Part shown: positions 7,120-14,935 of the stretch, in pieces | How positions within the stretch are numbered: position 1 is the first letter of the stretch | Layout: every line of letters starts with the position of its first letter | Assembly: GCA_034722055.1 (NCBI GenBank) | Contig: JAYENL010000318.1 | Span: forward strand, 1-17,635 | Origin: Armatimonadota bacterium | Lineage (GTDB): Bacteria > Armatimonadota > Zipacnadia > Zipacnadales > UBA5352 | Reading direction: 5' to 3' | DNA length: 17,635 bases | Translations under genes and position numbers: made by a program | The notes under the pieces: generated by a model | What the model saw: the letters and a program-made list of their open reading frames with translations, nothing else | The model's database searches: none | Told to the model about the DNA's origin: nothing

Positions 7120-8433
7120 TTGAGGGCCAATAGACTCACCGTGAGAGGGATACTGCTTAGTCCCGCCTTCCTACACGGGGCGCGCGACGGGGGCCAGAAC
7201 GCTGAGTTTCGGCCAGCATCACTACGCGGGCTCGTGCGCTACTGGTTCCGGGCCATCGCCGCCGGCCTAACCTCTGAAGTCGACGCCATCCATCTGGCAG
7301 AGGCCGATGTCTTCGGAGGCATCACCCCTCGACCGAAGCGCGGGGTCCTGATCCGCCCCGACGAAGTCCCCTGCAACACTGCCCAAAGCCTCAGTCTCAA
7401 TCGAAGAAACCACTCTGGCGCCATCTATCTCGCCTACGGTCGCGAGAGGGGCGCCAGCAGCCATCACCTCACGCCTGGGCAAGGCTTCTCTGTTACGCTG
7501 CTAACCCGCCCTGACGCCGATCCAGATTGCGGGCGCCTTCTGGCGGCCGGATACGCAATGTGGGTCGCGTCAGCTCTGGGAGGGCTGGGCGGCCGGAGCC
7601 GGCACGGCTTCGGCGCGTTCCTGCTGCAGGACTGGCAGTTGAGCGGAGAGAGCAGTTCCCTTACAGAACCACCGCTGCTGGTTAACTGCGCTCGCGAACG
7701 TCTTGGCCCGGCGATCTCCGAGGGCCTCGATGCAGCGAGAGCGGCCATCAGATCAGTGCTGCCTGGAGAGCTGGCTGGAGGGACTGTCGACCATATGCCG
7801 CATCTCACAGCTTCGACGCCCATCTACGCCTGGGATGGGGGCTGGCGTGCGTCGCCGGAGGCGTGGAGGGACGCGTTGAGCTCGGTGGGGGAGGGCATTC
7901 AGAAGTATCTTCGGGGCGAGTACTCGGGAATCGTCCCGAACCGGGCCTGCAGGTTCAATAGCCAATCGAATCAGATCAAGGAATGGCTGTGGGGTGGGCC
8001 GCAGCCTGGCAGTGAGATTGATGATCTCGCGTTCGGTCTTCCCAGAGGCTTCTTCTCTAACAGCGTACGAGAGCAATGGCGACAGAAGCTGCTAGAGGAG
8101 GGCGAGACAGAGAAGAGGGCGAAGAGGATTTCCGCCAAGCGGGCACGCACGACCTTCGACCCCATCATATTGGGGGAGCCGGCGAGGCGGGCTTCGCCGC
8201 TCGTGATCAGTTTGGTCGGCTTCGGGGGCTCCCACGATCCGAGGATCACGGCGATACTCACCCCGATGCGGGGGGCCTTCCTGCCTGATACCTGCTCCAT
8301 CCATGCAAAGCGCACAGAACCGCCGCAGACGACTCAGGCAGACGTCCCGACTGAGGATGACTTTAAAGCGCTGGCCAGTGAGTTAATGAAATGTCTGCCG
8401 GTCAGCATCATAGCAGGGGGCGGGCCAAGTTGA
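7120..8433 (+). CDS. cmr1: Type III-B CRISPR RAMP protein Cmr1
   Basis: Motifs are LSPAFLHGA, EFRPASLRGLVRYWFRA, EADVFGG, the glycine-rich loop LGGLGGRSRHGFG, FGLP and RRASPL. The TTG start has a GGGGGA RBS. Confidence 0.92.
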   Translation: MRANRLTVRGILLSPAFLHGARDGGQNAEFRPASLRGLVRYWFRAIAAGLTSEVDAIHLAEADVFGGITPRPKRGVLIRPDEVPCNTAQSLSLNRRNHSGAIYLAYGRERGASSHHLTPGQGFSVTLLTRPDADPDCGRLLAAGYAMWVASALGGLGGRSRHGFGAFLLQDWQLSGESSSLTEPPLLVNCARERLGPAISEGLDAARAAIRSVLPGELAGGTVDHMPHLTASTPIYAWDGGWRASPEAWRDALSSVGEGIQKYLRGEYSGIVPNRACRFNSQSNQIKEWLWGGPQPGSEIDDLAFGLPRGFFSNSVREQWRQKLLEEGETEKRAKRISAKRARTTFDPIILGEPARRASPLVISLVGFGGSHDPRITAILTPMRGAFLPDTCSIHAKRTEPPQTTQADVPTEDDFKALASELMKCLPVSIIAGGGPS

Positions 8434-11369
8434 GCGACTTCAGCTTGTGGCAGCGCAAGATCGCCGCGTGGCTGCACGACTTGCCGGATAAGGTGCTCGA
8501 CGTACAAGGGCACCCGGCAAAGGCGAAGGAAGCCGTGCGCCGTGTCACCAAGCTGGATAATGCCGATGTCTCGAGTCTGCAGGAGATCGTCAAACCCAGT
8601 GACCACATCGCATCTGCGGCCGACCGCGAGTGTATCGACAGGCCCGCGAGCGGCTATAGGCCGGTAGTGCAGTTCGACGGCTGGGTGTATCACCCGCTGT
8701 CGGGGGAGCCCTACAAAGTCGTCGACGATGTCAATGGGTTCGCTCAAGCTGCGCCGGCCATGACCGACGTCATCGACGATCTGCTAGGCAGGGCCCGAGA
8801 AGAAGCCAAGACCGCCTACTGGGTCCTCTGGCGGCTGATGCAGGAGCGGCTCGCAGCGAGAGACGCCAGTTGGGATTACCTGCCAGCCACGACCCGGATG
8901 CCCGACATCCCGATCTGGGCGCACATGGACGCCGCGAGCGCTGTGGAGGGAGCCCTACCACGTCCGGCGCACCTGATATTTCAGATTGGGCCGGTGCAGC
9001 AGTTCATAGCTCCATCGCGACGGAGCCAGGACTTCTGGATGGGGAGCTACCTCATCTCGTTCCTTGCGTGGCATGCGATGCGCCCCATTGTCACGAAGCT
9101 GGGCCCTGACGCGATCCTGTATCCGGACCTGCGTGGACAGCCGCTGCTCGATGCCGACCCGGAGCTGGGCCAACACTGGACTGATCGGCTGTCCACCGAT
9201 CGGCGCCTCCGAAGCATCGCCTCTCTGCCCCACCGATTCGTAGCACTTGTGCCGACTGAGGACGCGGAGGACCTTGCTCACGAGTGTCAGGACGCTGTGG
9301 ACAACACATGGGAGGCGGCGGCATCCGACGTCGCGAGATCGCTCCATAGATGGTCTGGCTCAATGTGGTCGCCTGATCAGCAGTGGGAAGAGCAGATCAG
9401 TGGTTTCTGGCGCACATACTATGCGATCCACCCGTGGCCCGAGCCTCCGGACGGGGGGGGCCTGGAGTGGGCCAGACTGGCGAAGGCGGAGTATGACGGG
9501 CTCTTCCCGGATCCCTCTGACGATCAGTTCGACGAGGCATTCAAGTTCTTCACTGGCGATCGCGCGCGGAGCAGTCAGGTTCAGATCGGCACCGCCTACA
9601 GTAGGCTCTACGGACTTGCCGACCGGTTCTCGGAGAGCGTGAAGGCCACGCGGCACTTCGAGCGTGCCGATCAGGAGGGGGAGCTATGCACCTGTTGCGG
9701 GCAGCGGTCAGTACTCGGGAGCGGTCCGACAGCCTCAAGGCCACAAGTGCGGAAGCTCTGGGGGAGCATCGCTGAATCGCTTCAGTCGCAGGGACGGCAT
9801 CGGGAAGTCAAGCCGGACGGAAAGGAGCGACTCTGCGCTGTCTGTGCCGTTAAGCGCTTTGCCCAGTCCGAGAGCCAGGTAGTCGATGCCTGTATTGATG
9901 GAGAGGAGCGTTTCCCTTCAACCAGCACCATCGCAGCGGCCGACTTCGTCACGGAGCTGATAGCCACCGCGACCGAGATCGCCGATGGTCCTGAGCCCCA
10001 AGGCCATCCACTTCTCGAAGCGCTGGCGGCGTTCGTCGCGAAGCTCGATGCATCCGCGTTCCCCGATACTGCGAAGCACAGCAGGTTGCGACGCCACAAG
10101 ATGGCGATTGAGGCCATCGGGGACGATGGTCTGCGGAGAAGCCTGCATACGCTCCTCAACTACGACGGCGATGTCTTCTTCCCACACTTCTTCGTCAAGG
10201 AACGTCATCTGAACGACTTCGGAGCACAGGCGAACGCTTGGCTGGGTGACTTGCCCGGATTCCGCCAGGCGCAGGCCACGCTTCTGGAGGCCGCAACGAG
10301 CGCAAACATACGCGCCCCGGGCAGGTACTTCGCTGTCCTCGCGTTCGACGGCGATGAAGTTGGGAAGTGGCTTTCCGGGACGAATGCCCCGGAGCTTCAA
10401 GACATCATCGCCGAAGAGATTGTGGGGCAGGACTGGTTCGCTGGAGAATGGGATGAAGTGCTCGACCACAGGCGCCTGGTCTGCCCCTCATTCCACAAGG
10501 CTATCAGCGCGGCACTGCGCGATTTTGCATTGCACCTTGCACCGCAGATTGTTGAGGAGCAGTACCCTGGCAAGCTGGTCTATGCGGGGGGCGACGATCT
10601 TCTCGCCCTGGTACCGGCACGACGAGCTCTGGACCTTGCGCACGCCCTTCGCTTTGCCTTTACCGGACAGGGCCATTGGAGCGATGGCACATGGATTCCT
10701 GATCCTGACCGCGCTGACGGCTTCGTGCGGAAGGCTGGACGCCGCATTCTCTGTCTAATGGGCAGCGAGGCCTCGGCAAGTGTTGGTATCGCCGTAGTTC
10801 ATCACTCCAGCCCACTCATCCGGGCCATCAGAACTGCTCAGTCAGAATGCAAGACTGCTGCAAAGGAAGACTATGGTCGCAACGCCGTGGCAATTTCGGT
10901 GCTGAAGCGAGGCGGAGCGCCAGTCCGGGCAGGTGGTCACTTCGTATGCGACGACACCCATCTCGTCCCCGCCATCTCCAAGGCCATTGATCTCTTCGAA
11001 GACCAGCACGTGGGGTCGCTGTCTCGCGGACTGCCATCGCGGCTGCAGTCCGAGGCCCAGCTCATTATCGGTCTGACACCCGAAGCGCAGGAGGCCGAGT
11101 TCACCCGCGTACTTGACCGACAGATCGCTCTGCCTCGACCGCGCCGTGGTGCGACGAAGGAGGAGAAAACGCAACTGGCGCGGTTGCAGCAGAAGAAGAC
11201 TGATCTCCGGGATACGTGTTTGAGCCTCATGAGGGCATGGCGGAAGCAGCCTGGCCAATCGCAATTAGTGCCAGGTGACGCCGGTCTCGCGCGTCCCGCA
11301 GCACCGTACGAGGAACTCGTAAACTGGCTGCTGATCGCGCGGTTCCTGACGGTTGGGGGCGAGGAGTAA
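8430..11369 (+). CDS. cas10: Type III-B CRISPR large subunit Cas10/Cmr2
   Basis: The N-terminus has KIAAWLHD. Further motifs are IGPVQQFIAPSRRSQDFWMGSYLIS, Zn finger CTCC...LCAVC, FPSTSTIA, FDGDEVGK and the palm motif YAGGDD (GGDD at 10587-10598). The start is set at TTG 8430, overlapping the cmr1 TGA; the ORF track gives 8391. Confidence 0.95.
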   Translation: MSDFSLWQRKIAAWLHDLPDKVLDVQGHPAKAKEAVRRVTKLDNADVSSLQEIVKPSDHIASAADRECIDRPASGYRPVVQFDGWVYHPLSGEPYKVVDDVNGFAQAAPAMTDVIDDLLGRAREEAKTAYWVLWRLMQERLAARDASWDYLPATTRMPDIPIWAHMDAASAVEGALPRPAHLIFQIGPVQQFIAPSRRSQDFWMGSYLISFLAWHAMRPIVTKLGPDAILYPDLRGQPLLDADPELGQHWTDRLSTDRRLRSIASLPHRFVALVPTEDAEDLAHECQDAVDNTWEAAASDVARSLHRWSGSMWSPDQQWEEQISGFWRTYYAIHPWPEPPDGGGLEWARLAKAEYDGLFPDPSDDQFDEAFKFFTGDRARSSQVQIGTAYSRLYGLADRFSESVKATRHFERADQEGELCTCCGQRSVLGSGPTASRPQVRKLWGSIAESLQSQGRHREVKPDGKERLCAVCAVKRFAQSESQVVDACIDGEERFPSTSTIAAADFVTELIATATEIADGPEPQGHPLLEALAAFVAKLDASAFPDTAKHSRLRRHKMAIEAIGDDGLRRSLHTLLNYDGDVFFPHFFVKERHLNDFGAQANAWLGDLPGFRQAQATLLEAATSANIRAPGRYFAVLAFDGDEVGKWLSGTNAPELQDIIAEEIVGQDWFAGEWDEVLDHRRLVCPSFHKAISAALRDFALHLAPQIVEEQYPGKLVYAGGDDLLALVPARRALDLAHALRFAFTGQGHWSDGTWIPDPDRADGFVRKAGRRILCLMGSEASASVGIAVVHHSSPLIRAIRTAQSECKTAAKEDYGRNAVAISVLKRGGAPVRAGGHFVCDDTHLVPAISKAIDLFEDQHVGSLSRGLPSRLQSEAQLIIGLTPEAQEAEFTRVLDRQIALPRPRRGATKEEKTQLARLQQKKTDLRDTCLSLMRAWRKQPGQSQLVPGDAGLARPAAPYEELVNWLLIARFLTVGGEE

Positions 11370-11371
11370 GC

Positions 11372-12565
11372 ATGGTCCTTTTCATCGAGGCCGTGGACAA
11401 CTGGTTCTTCGGCGACGGCAGACCATTCGAGGCCGGCGAAGAGCACGTAGCCGAATCACTCTTCCCGCCGCTGCCCCGGACGGTCATCGGAGCGCTTCGC
11501 GGCAAACTCCTCCGGGCCATGGGAACGGACATTGGTGAGTACTCTGGCCTGAAGCGGGATGGCCAGGTGCCCGATGCGCTCAATGACGTCGTGTACGCCA
11601 TTGGCGCGCCTTGGGAGACGGGGCCAAGCGACCTCTCGATACGTGGCCCGTTCATAGCACGTTGGGAACCGGATGGAGAGCTCGTCGAGCCCTTCTTCCC
11701 CCTGCCCGCTGATGTACTGCGCGACAAGGACGACGGGAGCTGCCATCTGTTGCGACCACTGCGGCCACTGGCGAGCAACGTCGACGTAGAGACGAGTCTG
11801 CCAGCTCCTCTCCATCCTCTTTGGCTCACCAATACGGGGGCCTTTGAACGTCCCGAGCGTGCCTCCAGTCTGCTGACGGGGGCTGATCTGCAGTCAGTTC
11901 TCGGCGGTCACCCCCCGGGTCAGATCGTTGAGAACCAACACCTCTACTCCGTCAAGCCGAGAGCGGGGATAGCGCTCAAGGCGGATCAGAAGATCACCAG
12001 AGACGGTCATCTTTACGAGATAGGTGTTGTGACTCCGCGAGTGGACACGGATGCAGGCAGCCATGCTGTCGTCGGACTGGTGATCGACGTCGCGGGGCTC
12101 GACCCGTCCGGTTACCGGAACGTCATCCAACTTGGCGGAGAGAGCCGCTGGGCCGTGTTGCGCAACGCCGTTACCGTGAAGTGGCCGGAGCCGCCAGAAC
12201 ACCCGTTATGCCGGTTCAGCATCTACCTCGCTTCGCCCGTCGTCCTTTCCCACGGCTGGTATCCGGAGTGGCTCGAGTGCTCTTCCGATGTCCTTTCGGG
12301 CGACATGCCCGGCATAGGCAAAGTGAGGCTGATCTCAGTCGCTCTGAGCGGGGGCGTATCAGTCGGCGGCTACAACGTGGCGAAGGGGCGGTCGCGGGGG
12401 AGTAGCAGTGCCGTGCCGGCAGGAACGGTCTACTTCTTCGAGGCACTCGAAAAGATCACACGTGAGAAACTCGGCGAGCTGCACGGGAGTCTCTTCGGCG
12501 ATGAGAGTCCGAGCGATACGCCTGGCATGGGACTGAGCTTCGTGGGGAGTTGGGACTATGTCTGA
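11372..12565 (+). CDS. cmr3: Type III-B CRISPR protein Cmr3 (Cas5 group)
   Basis: Motifs are DNWFFGDGRPF, FPPLPRTVIGALR, LGGESR, AVPAGTVYFF and the terminal GMGL. GAGGAG precedes the ATG. Confidence 0.93.
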   Translation: MVLFIEAVDNWFFGDGRPFEAGEEHVAESLFPPLPRTVIGALRGKLLRAMGTDIGEYSGLKRDGQVPDALNDVVYAIGAPWETGPSDLSIRGPFIARWEPDGELVEPFFPLPADVLRDKDDGSCHLLRPLRPLASNVDVETSLPAPLHPLWLTNTGAFERPERASSLLTGADLQSVLGGHPPGQIVENQHLYSVKPRAGIALKADQKITRDGHLYEIGVVTPRVDTDAGSHAVVGLVIDVAGLDPSGYRNVIQLGGESRWAVLRNAVTVKWPEPPEHPLCRFSIYLASPVVLSHGWYPEWLECSSDVLSGDMPGIGKVRLISVALSGGVSVGGYNVAKGRSRGSSSAVPAGTVYFFEALEKITREKLGELHGSLFGDESPSDTPGMGLSFVGSWDYV

Positions 12566-13508
12566 TGACGTGATGGACATCCTGTTCCTCTACGCTGAGG
12601 AACCAGTGCACGTCGGCGTTGGGCAGGGACTGGGAGCCATCGACCAGCCGATCCAGAGGGAAGTGTATACGAACTTCCCGGTGCTTCACGGATCGAGTGT
12701 GCGCGGGGCATTGCGCGACCTCGTTAAGCAGCACGATAAAGACTTGGCCTTGTGGTTGTTTGGGAATGAGCCGGGACAACAGCCAATGTGGCAGGGTGCA
12801 GTGAGCCCGCACGATGCTCGCATCATCCTCTTCCCGGTACAATCACTGATGGGCGGCTTCGCCTGGACGACGTGCCCGGCGGCATTGGCTGTCCTCCGCC
12901 GCAACCTCGAAGTGTGCGAGAAGCGGCCCTGCTGGGATGTACCTGACCCCGTAGAGGATGGTGAGTGCCTCGTCCCGGAGAGCGGCGAGGATACTCCGTC
13001 TAATGTCGTCTTCCGATCCGATGATGCCTCCGAGCATGTTCAGTTGATCAGATATGACTTCACCGTATCCCGACATGACAAGTTCGATCTCACAGACCTC
13101 TCTCGGTGGCTCGTGCACAGTGCGATGCCTCAGGGCGACGAGTTCGATTTCTGGCGCAGTAAGCTCCAGACTTCTCTTGTCGTGCTATCAGATGCCGATT
13201 TCAAGTGGTTCGTAGAGAATGCTACCCAGACGATGACCCGTGTCCGACTCACGGCAGAGAAGACTGTCGATGTCGGTGGGCTCTGGAGCGAGGAGGCGCT
13301 GCCGCCCGAGACCCTCCTGCACTCGCCGGTTGCCGCACGCTCGGTGTTGACCAATGACAGCGGCGCTCGGGACACGCCTAAGACCACCAAACCGGCTAAG
13401 GATGCGATGGCTGAAGCTTGGAAGACAGTCCGAGGACGGATGAACATCGGCGGGACAGAGAGTATAGGCAGGGGACGTGTAGCGGTCAGGTGGTTGAAGG
13501 GAGAGTGA
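12558..13508 (+). CDS. cmr4: Type III-B CRISPR RAMP Cmr4 (Cas7 group, target RNA endoribonuclease)
   Basis: Motifs are PVHVGVG, GAIDQPIQRE (catalytic Asp position retained), GSSVRGALR, DARIILFPVQS, LWSEEALPPETL and IGGTESIGRG. Confidence 0.94.
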   Translation: MSDDVMDILFLYAEEPVHVGVGQGLGAIDQPIQREVYTNFPVLHGSSVRGALRDLVKQHDKDLALWLFGNEPGQQPMWQGAVSPHDARIILFPVQSLMGGFAWTTCPAALAVLRRNLEVCEKRPCWDVPDPVEDGECLVPESGEDTPSNVVFRSDDASEHVQLIRYDFTVSRHDKFDLTDLSRWLVHSAMPQGDEFDFWRSKLQTSLVVLSDADFKWFVENATQTMTRVRLTAEKTVDVGGLWSEEALPPETLLHSPVAARSVLTNDSGARDTPKTTKPAKDAMAEAWKTVRGRMNIGGTESIGRGRVAVRWLKGE

Positions 13509-13512
13509 GTTG

Positions 13513-14022
13513 ATGCCGGGAGTGGTTGACCGGGATGTCGTGCGGGCGCAGAAAGCGTATGAAGCTGTTGTCAATACCAAGGGCAAAGCGTCCTCTGACA
13601 GCGAGTCGGAGTTCCGGTCCCAGTACACGGGCCTCCCCTCGCTGCTCCACAACCACGGCCTGTTCCAGACAGTCGCGTTCCTTATGTCCCGCGAGGACGA
13701 CTGCAAGCCTCAGTACCAGCGTGCGTGGGAGGACCTTATGGCCGGTACCCTGGACGGCTGCTCCTCACTCTCCGGGGCACCGACAGACCTCTGCCGCGGG
13801 GCTGTGCTGCACTGGATGGCGAAGCTCGACTCTCTTCAGCATCGGCTCCTGTCTAGCGAAGCCTTGGCATACTCCGCGTGGCTGAAGCGTTGGGCTGAAG
13901 TGCTCCTCGAGGCGCGCAAAGATGCCGACCGACGCGGCGAAGTCGCCGATCAGAGCACAGTGCGCGCGGATGATGAGCAGGCAGAGACCGAAGCCCAGGG
14001 GGGAAGTAGCGATGGGCAATGA
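13513..14022 (+). CDS. cmr5: Type III-B CRISPR small subunit Cmr5 (Cas11)
   Basis: RAQKAY, YTGLPSLLHNHGLFQTVAFL and WLKRWAE match the Cmr5 pattern, and the gene lies between cmr4 and cmr6. The start is ATG 13513 or TTG 13510. Confidence 0.88.
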   Translation: MPGVVDRDVVRAQKAYEAVVNTKGKASSDSESEFRSQYTGLPSLLHNHGLFQTVAFLMSREDDCKPQYQRAWEDLMAGTLDGCSSLSGAPTDLCRGAVLHWMAKLDSLQHRLLSSEALAYSAWLKRWAEVLLEARKDADRRGEVADQSTVRADDEQAETEAQGGSSDGQ

Positions 14023-14932
14023 CCGCCGCGAACGACCCGGTCGTGGGCATAAGGAGAGGTTCGTTCCGCTTCCCTCTGATACGCTGCGGATGTGGGAGCA
14101 GTGGTGCCGGGCAAAGCGGAAGTCCCCCAACTTGCACCTGCTTGTGAACCAGTACGGTGCGTTCGAAAGTGGCCCTGAGCGCAGGGAGGAGCACAAGAAG
14201 GGAGAGCTTTCTGATCTGCTGCGCAAGTGGGATAGCGGAAAGGCCGCAAAGATCGCTCAGGCCGTGCTTCGGCGCCGGGAAGCCTATCTGGAGGAGGTCT
14301 GTGCACACCGGGGGTGTGCCGCCGTTCGCCTGAAGGCGACCAGCTGTTGGCGCGCGGTCACCGGAATGGGCGATGAGAGCGTCTTCAAGACAGCTCTTAC
14401 GCTCGACGAACTCGGAGGCTTTCCCGTTGTGCGCGGCAGCGCCATCAAAGGCATGACGCGCCACTACGTGGAGCACTGGCTTACTGGCGAGGAAGCCGTG
14501 GCGGATGAAGCCATTGATAAGGTCTTCGGCAAGCCCCCTGACCCTCCCGAGGATCTGGGCAGCATTGGCGCCGTTCAGTTTCTCGGCGGAATACCTGAAG
14601 CTCCGATCGGCGTCGAGCTTGACATAATGACTCCCCACTACCCGGACTGGTATCAGAAAGGGCCAACGGACACTCCCTCGGACTGGTGCAACCCGACACA
14701 GATCTACTTCCTCGCCATTCCCGCCGGACAGCAGTTCGTGTTCGACCTCGTTGGGGAGCCGGCTGCGGTGGGAAGGGCCAGGGAATGGGTCCGCGATGCG
14801 CTCGAGACAATCGGTGTCGGCGCTAAGACCGCTGCCGGTTACGGCTACTTCACTGTCCAGCCTGAGGGCATTCAGGGCCTTTCGCCTGGCCAGGCGTCCT
14901 GGCATGTCGTGCCCAGTGGCAATCCCCGGTGA
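14012..14932 (+). CDS. cmr6: Type III-B CRISPR RAMP Cmr6
   Basis: Motifs are VTGMG, GFPVVRGSAIKG, DIMTPHYPDWY, DWCNPTQIYFL and the glycine loop GVGAKTAAGYG. The start is placed at ATG 14012 after GGGGGAAG; the ORF track gives 13922. Confidence 0.93.
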   Translation: MGNDRRERPGRGHKERFVPLPSDTLRMWEQWCRAKRKSPNLHLLVNQYGAFESGPERREEHKKGELSDLLRKWDSGKAAKIAQAVLRRREAYLEEVCAHRGCAAVRLKATSCWRAVTGMGDESVFKTALTLDELGGFPVVRGSAIKGMTRHYVEHWLTGEEAVADEAIDKVFGKPPDPPEDLGSIGAVQFLGGIPEAPIGVELDIMTPHYPDWYQKGPTDTPSDWCNPTQIYFLAIPAGQQFVFDLVGEPAAVGRAREWVRDALETIGVGAKTAAGYGYFTVQPEGIQGLSPGQASWHVVPSGNPR

Positions 14933-14935
14933 GCC

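Noticed and set aside
13922..14011. Longer cmr6 N-terminus (start 13922); likewise the cas10 start at 8391
   Set aside because: Both create long overlaps with the upstream gene. The downstream starts have better RBS or coupling.
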